Origin: Laetmonice hystrix
Taxonomy: Eukaryota
Assembly: GCA_965235115.1 (NCBI GenBank)
Contig: OZ249436.1
Location: 5,768,001 to 5,832,000 of the forward strand
Length of the DNA stretch: 64,000 nt
Direction of reading: 5' to 3'
The translations under genes were made by a program, and so were the position numbers. The notes beneath the pieces were generated by a model that was not told where the DNA came from, searched no databases, and saw only the letters and a list, made by a program, of their open reading frames with translations. Positions 23,301 to 38,300 of the stretch are shown here, piece by piece; the first letter of the stretch is position 1; the number at the start of each line of letters is the position of its first letter.

Positions 23301-26300
23301 CAGTATTGAGGCTTGTATTGAGAGGCAGTATTGAGGCAGTATTGAGAGGCAGTATTGAGGCTTGTATTGAGAGGCAGTATTGAGGCTTGTATTGAGAGGC
23401 AGTATTGAGAGGCAGTATTGAGGCTTGTATTGAGAGGCAGTATTGAGAGGCAGTATTGAGGCTTGTATTGAGAGGCAGTATTGAGGCTTGTATTGAGAGG
23501 CAGTATTGAGAGGCAGTATTGAGGCTTGTATTTAGAGGCAGTATTGAGGCTTGTATTGAGAAGCAGTATTGAGAGGCAGTATTGAGGCTTGTATTGAGAG
23601 GCAGTATTGAGAGGCAGTATTGAGGCTTGTATTGAGAGGCAGTATTGAGGCTTGTATTGAGAGGCAGTATTGAGGCTTGTATTGAGAGGCAGTATTGAGG
23701 CTTGTATTGAGAGGCAGTATTGAGGCTTGTATTGAGAGGCAGTCTTACAACAGCTTGTTTTAGACAATCTAGTTTTGTTCCCAGCAGCGGTATTAAACTG
23801 GTGACTAACCCTCTCATGATGGCATATCAATTACCTATAGGATTGGGCTCAGTCTACAGCTGGGTTATTCACTAAAAGTTGCACATAATTCAGTGTGTAA
23901 AATGCTCTCTCAATAATGCCTTGTAGCAGTCTGAAAGCTCTGTGTTCACACCAGTAAACCAACGGGCTGGGAAGGCTTAGTCATGTACTGATCCAGTGAC
24001 TTCGTGTTCAGACAGAGATGAGAAACCAATGCCATGTGGCTTATAGCTGGATGCTTTATTACACCATATAACGGCAGACCTGAACTTCGAAATCCCAACT
24101 TGTTTAGTTTTTATGTCGGGGAATGTCTTCCGCTGTTGTTGTGGGGAGGTCAGGGTGATGGTAAAGTTACCCGCTCACGTTAGTTTATGGTCTTTCATAC
24201 GTCAGTGAACATTGCCTTAGCAGCTACAACAATAGACGAAGGGAACATGGATCAACTGAGAGTAATAACCACAGAAATCTTGTGGTTTTTAGATCCCTGT
24301 TCTTAGTGGGCATTGATGAATAATGCCAAAGTGTCCCAGTGTAATGTTGTGTTTTACTGTGGTTCACTAAACGAGAATTCATTCATTTATTTGTGTAGTA
24401 TATTACTGTCATCTATTGCTGAACTCCAGCCAGGGACAACATTTAAGGGGTTGGGGGGGGGGGCTCTGATATTTGAGGTCAACAATAGGGACAGTTAAGT
24501 GACCCTTATACCGTAGATGTGGGTACCGATTGTTGGCAGGACAGCTTGGCCTCAGAGTACGGTAGGAAGTCCTTCCATCCTGAGCCAAGGGGGATCTCAA
24601 CGGCTTACGGCCGCGTAATACTTGAGGGAATGTCAATAGAATCGACTTGATCCACAGTCTGTGTGAGAGGTGAGCTAAAGTTCACTTTGTATGGCATAAT
24701 TACGGGACTATTGATGGCTGGTTTCGGCTACACTGAGAACTGATCGTCCCGAGATGGTCGGAGCCTTACCATTGATCCCAGTACATTCAGTACTGGTAGT
24801 GAGTGAGTTAGAGCCTTGCTGTGGTTCTCCACCATTATAATGATAGAGACGATCCCAGTACATTCAGTACTGGCAGTGAGTTAGAGCCATGCTATGTTCT
24901 CCACCATTATAATGATGGGGACGATCCCAGTACATTCAGTACTGGCAGTGAGTTAGAGCCTTGCTATGTTCTCCACCATTATAATGATGGGGACGATCCC
25001 AGTACATTCAGTACTGGCAGTGAGTTAGAGCCATGCTATGTTCTCCACCATTATAATGATAGAGACGATTTGAGAGACTCGTGTTGAGCGTACCAAACGT
25101 AAAATTATCATTATTGCGGGATTTTGTATGGCATAATTACGGGACTATTGATGGCTGGTTTCGGCTACACTGAGAACTGATCGTCCCGAGATGGTCGGAG
25201 TCTTACCATTGATCCCAGTACATTCAGTACTGGTAGTGAGTGAGTTAGAGCCTTGCTGTGGTTCTCCACCATTATAATGATAGAGACGATCCCAGTACAT
25301 TCAGTACTGGCAGTGAGTTAGAGCCATGCTATGTTCTCCACCATTATAATGATAGAGACGATCCCAGTACATTCAGTACTGGCAGTGAGTTAGAGCCTTG
25401 CCATGTTCTCCACCATTATAATGATAGAGACGATCCCAGTACATTCAGTACTGGCAGTGAGTGAGTTAGAGCCTTGCTATGTTCTCCACCATTATAATGA
25501 TAGAGACGATCCCAGTACATTCAGTACTGGCAGTGAGTTAGAGCCTTGCTATGTTCTCCACCATTATAATGATAGAGACGATCCCAGTACATTCAGTACT
25601 GGCGGTGAGTGAGTTAGAGCCTTGCTATGTTCTCCACCATTATAATGATAGAGACGATCCCAGTACATTCAGTACTGGCAGTGAGTTAGAGCCTTGCCAT
25701 GTTCTCCACCATTATAATGATAGAGACGATCCCAGTACATTCAGTACTGGCAGTGAGTGAGCTAGAGCCTTGCTATGTTCTCCACCATTATAATGATAGA
25801 GACGATCCCAGTACATTCAGTACTGGCAGTGAGTTAGAGCCTTGCCATGTTCTCCACCATTATAATGATAGAGACGATCCCAGTACATTCAGTACTGGCA
25901 GTGAGTTAGAGCCTTGCTATATTCTCCACCATTATAATGATAGAGACGATCCCAGTACATTCAGTACTGGCAGCGAGTTAGAGCCTTGCTATGTTCTCCA
26001 CCATTATAATGATAGAGACGATTTGAGAGACTCGTGTTGAGCGTACCAAACGTAAAATTATCATTATTGCGGGATTTTCCTTCCCACACAATGCAGAACA
26101 ACAGGACGACCTTGTCAACATTTCAAATTTTGTGACAGTCTACCACTGCCTGTCCCTAATCGCCTTTATGAAGGGGGAGGGGGTGGCGCAGTGGTGCGGG
26201 ATCTTGATCCAAAGGTTGTGGAGTTGGAGCTGCGACCTCCCCGGACTTTCCTGAATAGTGGTGCTGCCAACTGCTTTACCAAAGGCCGGCCGTGTCACGA

Positions 26301-29300
26301 TACGTCGATGTGGAGTTAAAGATCCCCTGGCGTCTGTCGAAAAGAGTTAGTTACCTTGTTCTCGCCCTGATATAGCTGATAGACTGCTTACTGGGCGTTA
26401 AGTACAACTACTCTCTCACTCACCTTCTGAGGGTCTGTCTCAAAGGGAACTTATGTGTCCCATCCATCACCAACTCTTTATCCGCAGATTCCATACTTAC
26501 CATGACTCAGATATATGCCATTTCAGTCATATTTTGCCTTGAGTATTCCCATCTTCTAGGCTGTTAGATACGTATCATAAAATGATTTATAAGTTTTTCC
26601 AGGTTAGGATAGATTATTTTTAACTAGCTGGTTAGTGAATATGCCGATAGAAAATAATTCAGTTATTTTACGGCTCTCATCTGGAATTCTTCTGCATTTA
26701 CAAATGAGCTGTCATAGGGTCACAGAAGTTATACAAGTTATTATAGATTAGGAGAGATTATCTTTAACGCTAGCTGGTTAGTGAACGTGCCAAGAGAAAA
26801 TGGTTTCAGTAATGTTATGGCTCTCGCTTGGAAATCTTCTGAGTTTCACTAATTTTGATGGGGGAACTAAAATCGCGTGACACCTGTCGAACGGCCATCG
26901 CGCCCATTGCTGAATGAGGTCAGGCGCGATGGAGTGTGAAAGGCATGGATTTTTGAATGTCATATAGGTCCCACAGAAACTCTTCATATTTCCGATATGT
27001 TGTATCCTGATTGGGCCTACAACAAGACTGTTTTTTACTTGTAGTTGAATTATTATAGGTCAACGTTGTTAGCGTGGAGAATCAAAAAGATATACTGGCC
27101 GTATAACTGCAGATCGCCTTCAACCACCTCGTCATTAAAACATTTGACCCCGAGTTCAGGTCAAGTTCCATTATGGTATGGGTAGTGACAACCTTGCTTA
27201 AGGCCGGTGGTTTCCTCCGGGTACTCCAGTTTCCCCCACCAAGAAAAACTGACTTTCATCATCATCTTTACCGCCGTGATATGACCCTGGCTGTTGCAAG
27301 GCGTAACACCCCAAATACCTAAACGACCTTGCTTGTATAGTGTTATTATTTTATATTAAAAAAACAAGATCGACGCGATAAGGTTCCCAAGTGGTAGAAC
27401 AACACACAGGGCATCCTTTCAATTTGATTTAGTTGTGAATCGATTGTACCTGAATTCCGGGACCTGATTCCTTACTTAACCTAGAATTAACCTTGGCCTT
27501 GCCAACCTTGCAATGTTCAATAACAGCCGGAGAAACACATCAGTTTTTATTGTTGTGAGATGTTTGCTATAAACGTTTATTTTGTACTGAATGAGAGTTC
27601 AACCAGTTATAGAAAACTTGGCCTCCAGGTCGTAAGTTTAGTCATTGATCATTCAGCTCTGATGATTGGCCGCCCGTGGCGCTCCAGTAGCTAGTATTGT
27701 CACTCTCCACGCGGACATGTTTATACATGAATCCGCGGCACCTGTTGAGGGAATGGTGGTGAAAATCCTGTCGGCAGCCGTTGGCCATATTCAGGATTTC
27801 TTTTTATGATGATGATAAGAATAATACAGGAAATTCCCTAATCTTGACGGTAGTGGCAAGGGGTCTTTTATATGCAGCACTGCAGAGGCACAGACTTCTG
27901 AAAGGGGTGGTACGTTTGTTTTGTTCACCAGAACAGAGAAGACAGAGTATTGCGTATTCTCTTTTTAGTCAGGAACGGAGTACATGACTAGAATGATTGT
28001 TTAATTATTTTAACCGTTACTGCTGTTTTTGTTGGTAACTTGAAAGTCAAACAACATAAGTCTGATAAACATCTCCGGATAGTACTTGGACCAGAAACAT
28101 CCTGTGGTATACATTTTCAAAAGTCGTATCTTACAGCCAGTATTTCATAATCAGGGCTGTTTTATAAAAGACTTCAGAGAATAGATCCATAGCGGCCAAG
28201 AAGACCCATAACAAAAGAGTGTGATGTCTTTATAATTTTTACGGCCTCTTGTCTGTCATGCATCAACGTAGGTGGATGATAATGAGTGAAAACGTATATG
28301 ACACTGGGGAAAAAGCACCAACAAAAGCCGGTCCATGTTAATCTATGACCAACCATTATCCATGAAATACTCCTGTATCATCTTTTAATGTCAGTTTGGC
28401 GGCTGAACAATTTCGCTTATAATTCTTCAATGTGATTCAGCTGATAAATGGGATAATGCCATGAAAGCCCAGATGAGGGACATCTTACATCCCTGAGGTA
28501 TCATTTATTTAATAAGAACAGTACCCCCCCCCCCCCCCCCCCCTGCAACAAAAAGTGCCACTCTGATACTTGGGAAGAATAGAGTAAGCTTTTGTTAGCG
28601 ATAATTCCGACCCTACTTCATTGCACAATAACCAAGTGACTTCAACAGTTTTTGATGCAAGTGTGATCTAGAAGAACTTGCACAACGTCTGCTAATTGTA
28701 TTTTTCAAAGTGGAAAACTCCTTTTAGGGGACATAGTGACGTGGATACTAACTTGTTAAAAGACCAAAGGAGTTAAGCGTCATTAAGTCATGTAGTACCA
28801 GAACCCTGAGCAAATCTTTGCAGGCATTTGTATCGGGAGAAACTAGGTCTAGATTCTAGAAGATCGTGTAGAAGCTAGTGGTGGGGAGGAGATGCAGGAC
28901 TCAATGCATTGCTTCATCCCGTGTAGTATTGGAGTATTGAGTATTGGAGATGGATGTAAAAATGGGCCATGATTTGGTGGAGATGGATGTAAAAATGGGC
29001 CATGATTTGGTGGAGATGGATGTAACAATGGGCCATGATTTGGTGGAGATGGATGTAACAATGGGCCATGATTTGGTGGAGATGGATGTAACAATGGGCC
29101 ATGATTTGGTGGAGATGGATGTAACAATGGGCCATGATTTGGTGGAGATGGATGTAACAATGGGCCATGATTTGGTGGAGATGGATGTAACAATGGGCCA
29201 TGATTTGGTGGAGATGGATGTAACAATGGGCCATGATTTAGTGGAGATGGATGTAACAATGGGCCATGATTTGGTGGAGATTGATGTAACAATGGGCCAT

Positions 29301-32300
29301 GATTTGGTGGAGATGGATGTAACAATGGGCCATGATTTAGTGCAGATGGATGTAACAATGGGCCATGATTTGGTGGAGATGGATGTAACAATGGGCCATG
29401 ATTTGGTAGAGATTGATGTAACAATGGGCCATGATTTGGTGGAGATGGATGTAACAATGGACCATGATTTGGTGGAGATGGATGTAACAATGGACCATGA
29501 TTTGGAGGAGGTTCTACTGAGACTTCATTCTACTGATACAACTGTTTCCCCATCTCGCGAAATATCGTACTAGGCCAGGAAGATATTTGAAGGGGACTGA
29601 GGGTTTGAGGCTACACCTACAGGCCGCAGTGTTCAGCACGGCAGCGTCCATCAGCAAACTCCTGATAAATATATCAGAAAGAAAGAAATAAGTTTTGCCA
29701 TGTAGGTAATTGTTTATTATCTAACCACAAAAAATATATTTCCGAGGCTGTCACAAGCTCTGACAAAAACTAAAAGAAGCAAAAGCAAATAGACCTAACA
29801 AATAGGAGTATACATGCATACCGTTATAAGGTGAGAATACACGTAAAAATTCCATTCATTGGGGGGAACCCTGTAAATGGGCGATCCGCTTGTGGCTCCA
29901 CCTAGCTGGTGTTTGGAGAAAGTCGCGCCTGACCGCGACTGGCGCTCCGCTCCTGTAGCAGCTGTACGGCGTTCCCATCCCCTCGCTAACATTTGTCAGA
30001 CAGACCTATTGCAAAGCAAAGGTGTAACTGCTACACCATGTGCCTGAAAATGAAATTTAGAGGTCGTTTGCTATTTTGGGATCAAATTAGGAGGCGGCAA
30101 CTGAATGTGTCCAGTTTGCAGGCTGTTTTCCCAACAGCTGCCAGCTATCAGGCTGACTCAGAGATCGTTCCCTTGCCAACCAACCTGAACTACTACTAGT
30201 ATAGGGAGTGAACATTAGATACAAGGTTATAGGAATTCATTTGTCGGATTTTATTAATTGACTTTTTGGTGAATATTGCTTGGATATAAAGATGCCCGGA
30301 TTCTGTATTCTGTAAATGTTTGTCATCCACAGATTTGGATTGTAGGACTCCGACCTTCAGATGTGTTCATGGCCTCTTTACTAACCTACAAAAGCTGCAT
30401 TATGTTGTGTTTCCAGAAATAAAGAATAAACCTGAATGGGCCCAAATATTGTTGTATTTCCACCCTGATTGACAGCTGTATATTTTTGGTTGCAGCCCGA
30501 GAACCAACCATCTGGCGCCAGCTGCCCGTCCTCAAGGAGTGCAGTCAGCGTATTTGATGACTTTGATGACGAGTTGCCACCTGTGAAAACCCAGCCCAAA
30601 TTCAAGAGAAGAGTAACATTACCTAAGCCGTCTGCTGTTATAGAAAGAGATCCAGTCTCAACGTTAAAAATTACACGGGAACATAAACCAGTGAGTGTTT
30701 ATCTGTACCTTTATTGATTTAGTTATGAAGGATGGCTTTGTTATCCCACTAATTGGATCTCAAGGACATTGTTAGGACCAGAGTATTATACCATACCACA
30801 CACAGGGAGCAGATCCAGCAATAATTGCAACTCTTGGATTCAGGGCAAGGGTTGGGGGCTGGATATATCGGGCATCGGCGCACTGCACTAGGGTTTGTGC
30901 CCCCGGAAAAATGTTAATATTAGCAATTGATTATAGGGTCATCTTTAACTGGAAAGATCTTATAGTAAATGAATTTACAGCAGATGTGTGAAAAGTATGG
31001 AACACTTCAAAACTCATGGAATAGTTTATCTGACAACTTGAGTCTTAATCATAAAGAAAAAAATGGTTAAAATCCATCAAGAGATATTAAGTTGATCAAG
31101 TCATATAGCAACGTGATTTTAGAGCCCGTTTTTTTTTTAAATTATTGAGGAAACATGAGATTAAATCCAGCACCGAGCCATTGGCGTCTCACAGTGAATG
31201 CAGGGCTCAGTTCAGCCTTTTACCGCTAGGTGGAGAACAAGCTCTGTACTAAAGGGAGCGGTGCAGTCTTTGGTCACGTGATGACATGAATAATACAGAT
31301 ATGTGGAGTGCAACTGGAGCAGCTAAACCAGTAAACCGGTGGTCGGAATGGCGGCCATTGTGGTACTCCACAGGCCGGACTTGCAGTCTAAATACGCCTA
31401 TATGTGGCCAAGATGATACGTTATTACCAAAATCTTCTACTGTATGAAGGACTGCCACGCTGAACTGGCCGTTTGCTAGGGTTACAGTTGATGTGTGTGT
31501 AGGGGAATGGCGATTGACCGGTGAAGGCACCGCATGAGGTGCCGCAGGGGAGTGGGTCTCCCTCCAACCACAGCGCTAGTACTGACAGAGTATAAAAGGT
31601 TATAGGCGGCGGAATTGGGGAAGGGGGGGGGGGCAAGGGGGGCACTGCCACCCCCAATAATTTTATTGGGGAGGGCCTTCCCCCCAAATAATTTGTCACC
31701 CCCAATAATTTTATTGGTAAGGGCCTGACCCCCCCCCCCAAATAATTCTATGGCTTTTGTAGATTTTTTTTATGACATATTATTAATTATTCCTAGATCT
31801 GGGTTTTATCTATATGATTGATACAACCATGTTCCACTACCTCAAGCAAAATGCCCTGCCCCCCCCCCCCCTTCCCACCCCAAAATATTACCTCAAGGAA
31901 AGTACCCCCCCCCCCACAATATATAAATATATTATCTGTTCCACGGCTACTGAGGAATGGAGATGACTGGAGATAAGGAAAGCTCACAGACACACGTGTA
32001 CATAAAACACGTATACATGTACATGATAAGGTGTTATGATTACTGAAGAAATAAAATAAAAATGATTGGTCTCTTAATCATGATTTAACAAGAAAAGAAG
32101 AACATCAAGAATGTCCGGCTTTGGAGGCGCCATAGAGCTAGTACATAATACATTACAGCGAAGGTATTAAACTTGCAGTACATGCCAAGTTGATATCTGA
32201 CATACCAATAATACTTCCACTAAAAAAACTTAAGATGTTATAGCAGAATAATATATTGTAACAGTAATGAGTTGGGATTTTGGCTAGAATATTCCATAAT

Positions 32301-35300
32301 ACATTACACAATAAAAGGGATGTTTTAGCCCCTGAGAACAAACGTTCTTTTGATAAAATGTCAATTATACTATGCAGGCCGACATGCAAGATTTACTGGT
32401 ACTAGTAACAGAATAGCATGACTTGGTAATTCATTGACATATAACACCAGCACATAACATGCCATTTATATCATGAAATGCAAAAAAATTACATTAGTGA
32501 TTAGAGGATTCGCCAGTTAATAAATAAACTTATTAAATATACCAGTACCAGTAGATTCTGAGCGTTTTCTTTCCATCTCTGAACTGACAAATGTATGTGT
32601 TTGTGTGTTTCAGCTGTTTACGGTTGTACGGAATGTGAAGCAGGCCCACGAATGTCAGGAACATGGTGAAACTCAGGAGTTTAAGGATGATATCGAGTAC
32701 ATAATGGATGGACTCTGTAACTCAATGAATGAGTCAGTCCGCTGCCTCAGGTAGGCAGCCTTTATAAACTCTGCAGGAATAGCTCTAACATTCAGAACAA
32801 TTAAATGTTGTCATTCATGATAATTAAGTCAAACCTATTGGTTAATTTGATTCTTCTTGTGTATTTAAGTAAATTATATTACAAGGAATCTTGTCAGAAG
32901 AGTGTTCTGTATAATATATGCAGTCCGGGTGAGAAAAGTAAGAACTGGAATAATATGCCAGTAGTCACAGGCAGGTTACAAAATGTTTGCAAGTAAAATC
33001 TGTTAGAAATACTTCTCTTTTTCAATTCACAGTACCATCAGCTTAGTAGGAAAATGTACGATGCCTGCATTCCGGATGCACCTGCGTGCACATGGCACGC
33101 TTGCCAAGATCTTCAGTGCCTTGCATGATGCCCCACAATATCCAGTAAGTTACTTTGGTAATTCATTGAGAACATTTGATGTGGTTTTCATAATCAGATA
33201 CATGTATGGATAACATAGTCATTAGTGAAATAATCAGCTTTACAAATATGAATACTGGTACATGTTTGAAGTACTGGGGTAGTTAGTTAAATTGTTATAC
33301 AGATACAGATCTTTTTATCATAGAACTGGTTGAATTAGCCATCCTGGCCGCCTACCCTTGCCACATTTCCCCCTTAGACCCACCTTTCCATATTGGTTGA
33401 TCTGCTCCTGACCAGATGACTACAATCCACATTGTTTGACCTTGCAGACCCTGGCCCTGTGTACAGCAGGTGTTCTGTACATGTTGAGTCGGGACCGTCT
33501 CATCATGGACCTGGAGAGGTCATCACTGGAGCTCATGCTTCATCTCCTGTCTGTAGACGCCAAACTCCCGACAGAGAACGCTGCTGTAGCTGAATACGAA
33601 CGAATCAAGAAACGGATCCAAGACATCTGTGACAATCTGAAGGTGGATGGCAAGTCGAGTATCTGCCATCTCGACCTGGTGGATATCTCTGTAAGTTAAA
33701 GATAACCTTTTCATCACTCTCCGATTTATCTAGTGACATTCAGTAAAGGTTGCTAAAGCAGCGAGGTGGACATAGTAATCTTGATGATCAACATTACAGT
33801 TCACAGTTGTGGCTTACTCGATACACTCCATACTCCCTACTCTACACTAGACACGTTTACAGAGTTTATCAGTGTATGGGCCTGGTTGTATGTAAGCAAG
33901 GTTCTAAGGCAAATAATACACTTGGCATTTTGTCAATCATAGTATATTGTCGGAACTACTGGTTTACCTATGATAAGTATAAACCTAAATTTGGATTTAA
34001 AGGCCACCTTTTCATTTTAGCCAGGGAAATTGGCAATGGAGACATTGTTAAGTTTAACGTCCCGAAAGGCTGGAGACTGGTTCAAGGAAGAGTTGCGGAA
34101 ACTAGGTGGCCTAGATCACATTGTTAGCACAGGTAAGAACTCATTACTTCCTTATATTGAATGATGTGGAACGAGAGATAATAGTTGTGTTAGGAATAGC
34201 CACATGTCAAATCTGATATATCCAATTCAAGCTATTCGTTTTTTTAGACTATCATTAAAATGTTTCTCAAGTTATCAACTGAGAGATGGGTTAAATGTAA
34301 GGTGGAGGAAGAAAGGGCACATGTCAAATCAAGTGTATATGACATGATTTAGGCCTGTATGCCTAATGTGTCAATTAGCTGTAAATTCTAGAGTTAGAGG
34401 TAATTTAGTAGATTTATCTTTGTTAGTCATGATGTCTGAGAATTTGCCACTGCAAGGTTTTCAGATTAAAGCATCATTCAGAAATAAAGTCTGGTGATGG
34501 CCTGTTCTGTTTCAGTGAGTTCCTGTAGTGAAGATCTGGATGAGGTCGAGATTGAACCATCAATCACCATGCTTGATACACTCAAGAAAATTGATCGATG
34601 CCTACGAGTATTAGAAAACGTGAGTTCACATTTCATTTTGCTAAGGACAAGGCAGCTGGTGGTTTCTTGTGGATCGCAAATATTATATTCTTAAAAGAAT
34701 AGTGAAGAAACTCGATTGTATATTTAGAAAAGATATTCAGGAAAGTTGAGATTCAACAAGTGGTTCAGTTCAGCAGAACACTGGCAAGGATTTTTTTCTT
34801 TTATATGTGCATCAATGGTAAGGTTTCTTAGCAACATCTTATTAATTATCTTATCATCTTATTTGTATGAGTTTGCTTGCCAGTAAAAATCAGCTAGATA
34901 TGGTGACTTCACTCGAAGAGTAATTTTAGTTCTGGAACATGATTGATACATCAGCATCACATGTAGTCAACAAAAACGACATGAAAGATTTTAAATGTGA
35001 GAGTGACTTAAAAATTGCTGACACTTTGTGAAAGTAATTCTTTACAGTATGGAGTATTTAATTTCCTGGAGCAAGAAGTTGCACAATACATGTAGTTTGG
35101 AGAGGAATTATTTGTTTGTCATTGCTAGTCATGACAAGATGAGTAATTGTTATATAAAGGCCAACACACACACACTGCGATTATTCAGAGGATTCCATTC
35201 TGTCCAGTATAGATGAGCTATATATTTATATCATGGCTGCCGTTTTCAATCTTTTAAAGGTAACCTTCCAGAACACTGATAACCAGGTCTACCTAATCCA

Positions 35301-38300
35301 GTATAATGATGGTGAACTTGCACAGTCCATCTGTAGGTAGGTCGTCCTGATTCTTAGCTCCTGTATGTTACACATGTATGTTGTATCATATGATTACGTC
35401 TTGTAATTCATACAAACCAATTTCATAGAAATTTGAGATGTGCTATTTAAATATTTTCATGGAAAGATTCTTTAATGAACCATGGCAAATGTTCTAACTG
35501 TGGCATACGGATTGCAGGGGATTAAAAGTATGTGAAAATTGCCAACCGTTCCACCCGGTCGAGGAGAAAGAAGGTCAATTGGATAAGGAATCGACAGGGT
35601 ACATAGTCTTCTCCTGTATGCTGTCCATCTTACGGGTACTTCTCAACCTCACACATGACAATGGTAGGTGCCATCTCTCAGGCCGCGCTTATTGTATGAG
35701 ATGTTCACAACAACAACAAAAGTTTAGATAAAAATTTGAATATTAAGACTGTCCGTAATATTTGTTTCCCTGTTGCTCCCATGTACAACGATTGATGTAG
35801 TTTCCTTGTATGATTTGATTTGTGACACTTGAGTATATTTTATGAAGGTCCTTTATATCTTGTATCTCTAGTAACTCAAAAAGGTTTCTTAGGGTGTTAT
35901 ATGTTGGATTACACTGGGAGTCATAATAGATAACACTATGGAAATAGGGGAACGTTTTCTGAGCAAGGTTGACTCTGGTAGCGATTCTAATGTAGGTTTG
36001 TTGTGGCGAGGAGTTGAACGTTTTCTGAGCAAGGTTGACTCTGATACCGATTCTGATGTAGGTTTGTTGTGGCGAGGAGTTGAACGTTTTCTGAGCAAGG
36101 TTGACTCTGATACCGATTCTAATGTAGGTTTGTTGTGGCGAGGAGTTGAACGTTTTCTGAGCGAGGTTGACTCTGGTACCAATTCTAATGTAGGTTTGTT
36201 GTGGTGAGGAGTTGAACGTTTTCTGAGCAAGGTTATCTCTGGTAGCGATTCTAATGTAGGTTTGTTGTGGTGAGGAGTTGAACGTTTTCTGACTGAGGTT
36301 GACTCTGGTAGCGATTCTAATGTAGGTTTTATGTTACAGAGGATGGGTGTCAAGTGATCGGGGAGCAGCCAGGCCTCATGACGACTGTTCTACGGTGTAT
36401 ACTCCAAGTCCCACAATATATCAGCATCGAGCAGCGTTTTGATCTCCTAGTTCTTGTAAGTACTTCAAGTCTGTATTCACATATGACATGTTTAACTATT
36501 AATGCATCTAAACATGATCAAGACGCTAACATAAAGCTACGTTAAATGTTAAGTAATTGGACGGATAAATCCATAATACAAAGGCTAATTTCCCCATTTT
36601 TGTTGTAGCATTTCTTGTGTAAAGATCCCATTCAAAATACAGTGTCAGATTTATTTGGATAAATGTAAAGGTAAAGTCCCACAACTCATTGATGATTGTG
36701 TGAAATTCTGATTGCAGAGTTTGGGTCTGATGATTAACATGGTAGAACACAGTGATGCCAACCGAGACTTGTTAGTGGAATCCAAGACCCTAGGCCAGTA
36801 TGAGAGCGAGTCAAGCCAAACACAAATATCAGCGCCCAGTGCCCTTGTGCAGGTAAATAGTACAAGTTTTCTCAAGGAATGACAGACAAAATGGTTATTT
36901 TATTTTAATTTAATCCTGACAGAGGCTGCTAGCAGGAATCATTTTTGCTGGAATATAACCTAGCGTCATGTATTCGTATATCTATGCGACCATATTGCAG
37001 TGTTAGTCAATCATGGTTTCAAGGTGAAGGATTTAAAAGAGTTGATTGCCAAGAGTATGTGTAGTCGTGTTTGTATCTCAAGAACAGATAAATAACTTGT
37101 TTCCATAAAGAAATTTCACCAAAAAAATCATGGTTAGCTGTTTTCTTTTTATGCCTTAATGAAGTTTTACTGTTTTCAGAATCTGATGTTCCATAATTTT
37201 CTTTTTCCAGTTCTTTGTGATTCGATTTGAGGCAGCAGAACGGTTGGAAGCTGAGCAGGTGGCAGAACGAGAACAGATGAAGAAAGCTGAACGCGGGAAA
37301 CGTCAAGGAGACCCTGAGACACATGTAGATGGCAATGCCAGCGGTCAGTGGCAGGAGTCTGAGGCAGGCCTTGAATGGGTCGTCATCCCTGAGGACCAGC
37401 GGGGAAATAATGGACAGGTGAACCCTGAGAATGATGACGACGACAATCACAGCAACTGTAGTGATGACCTTCAGATCTTACAGGGGTCACAGGAAGAGGA
37501 TGAAAATTTTACCAAAGGTAAAGTACCGGTAATAGTTGTAACAAAATCCATATCGTTAAGGGGCTGAAATATATGACAAATGTTCAGCCACTCGTGGTGC
37601 AATTTTTAGTGTGGTTTTAGAACATGATGCTTCTACGTTTAGAGTTGTTGAAAATTGGAAAGATTTCTTTGAGAAATGCTGGCAAACGTCACATTTAATT
37701 CTTATAACCCCTTTGAAAAAATTCTGAATTTCTACATATTATGGGGGTATATATGGACTTGTGTTTCCGAGCATCCAACAAAACTTTCTCCTGTTTGTAT
37801 GGTGAGTCGACAGACCACGAGGAAACGGCATTTTTCCTGCGTCTGAGTCGCATTCTCAAGTCCATTTTCTTCCCATGTATATTCCATATATATGTACACA
37901 ATGTGATCAGTGGCGACCTGTGCTAAAGATGACCACAGCAGTGTGCGAAATGACGTCGCAGTAATTGCATGAACAAAAACGATAAACATATATTTAAGGG
38001 AAACAAAACCAGAGTTTGGTCGCTCCAGTATCGAGACTTTATGTAAAATTATCTTCATGGAATTAGCTGTCGCAATAGCATCAGAATGTGAGCTAATCCA
38101 CCTCCCCTCTGACTTAGGCCTTTCTGAAAAACCCCCAAGGTATGATGTGCTCATTTAAGTGTGACTGGGCTAGATCTATTACTACAGTAGTCTTGTCCCC
38201 TTACTTTTCTTAGAATCAATTCCTTAAATCACCCTTTTTTGGGGGGGAGGGGGGGGGGAGACCTAATGCTGTCCTTTCTCCAGAATCTGATGTACAAATA

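Noticed and set aside
23038..23830. Two ~260-aa minus-strand ORFs
   Set aside because: Derived from the 25-bp modular repeat
24774..26021. CRISPR-like look (leader plus repeats with hairpin)
   Set aside because: No unique spacers, no cas genes, eukaryotic intron; a plain tandem repeat
26175..26240. tRNA gene
   Set aside because: Only an A-box-like head without a cloverleaf; continues into a SINE core
28849..29573. Overlapping ORFs of 106-213 aa ([11 protein letters not shown] / [11 protein letters not shown] repeats)
   Set aside because: 33-bp unit is stop-free in several frames on both strands, typical of a non-coding minisatellite
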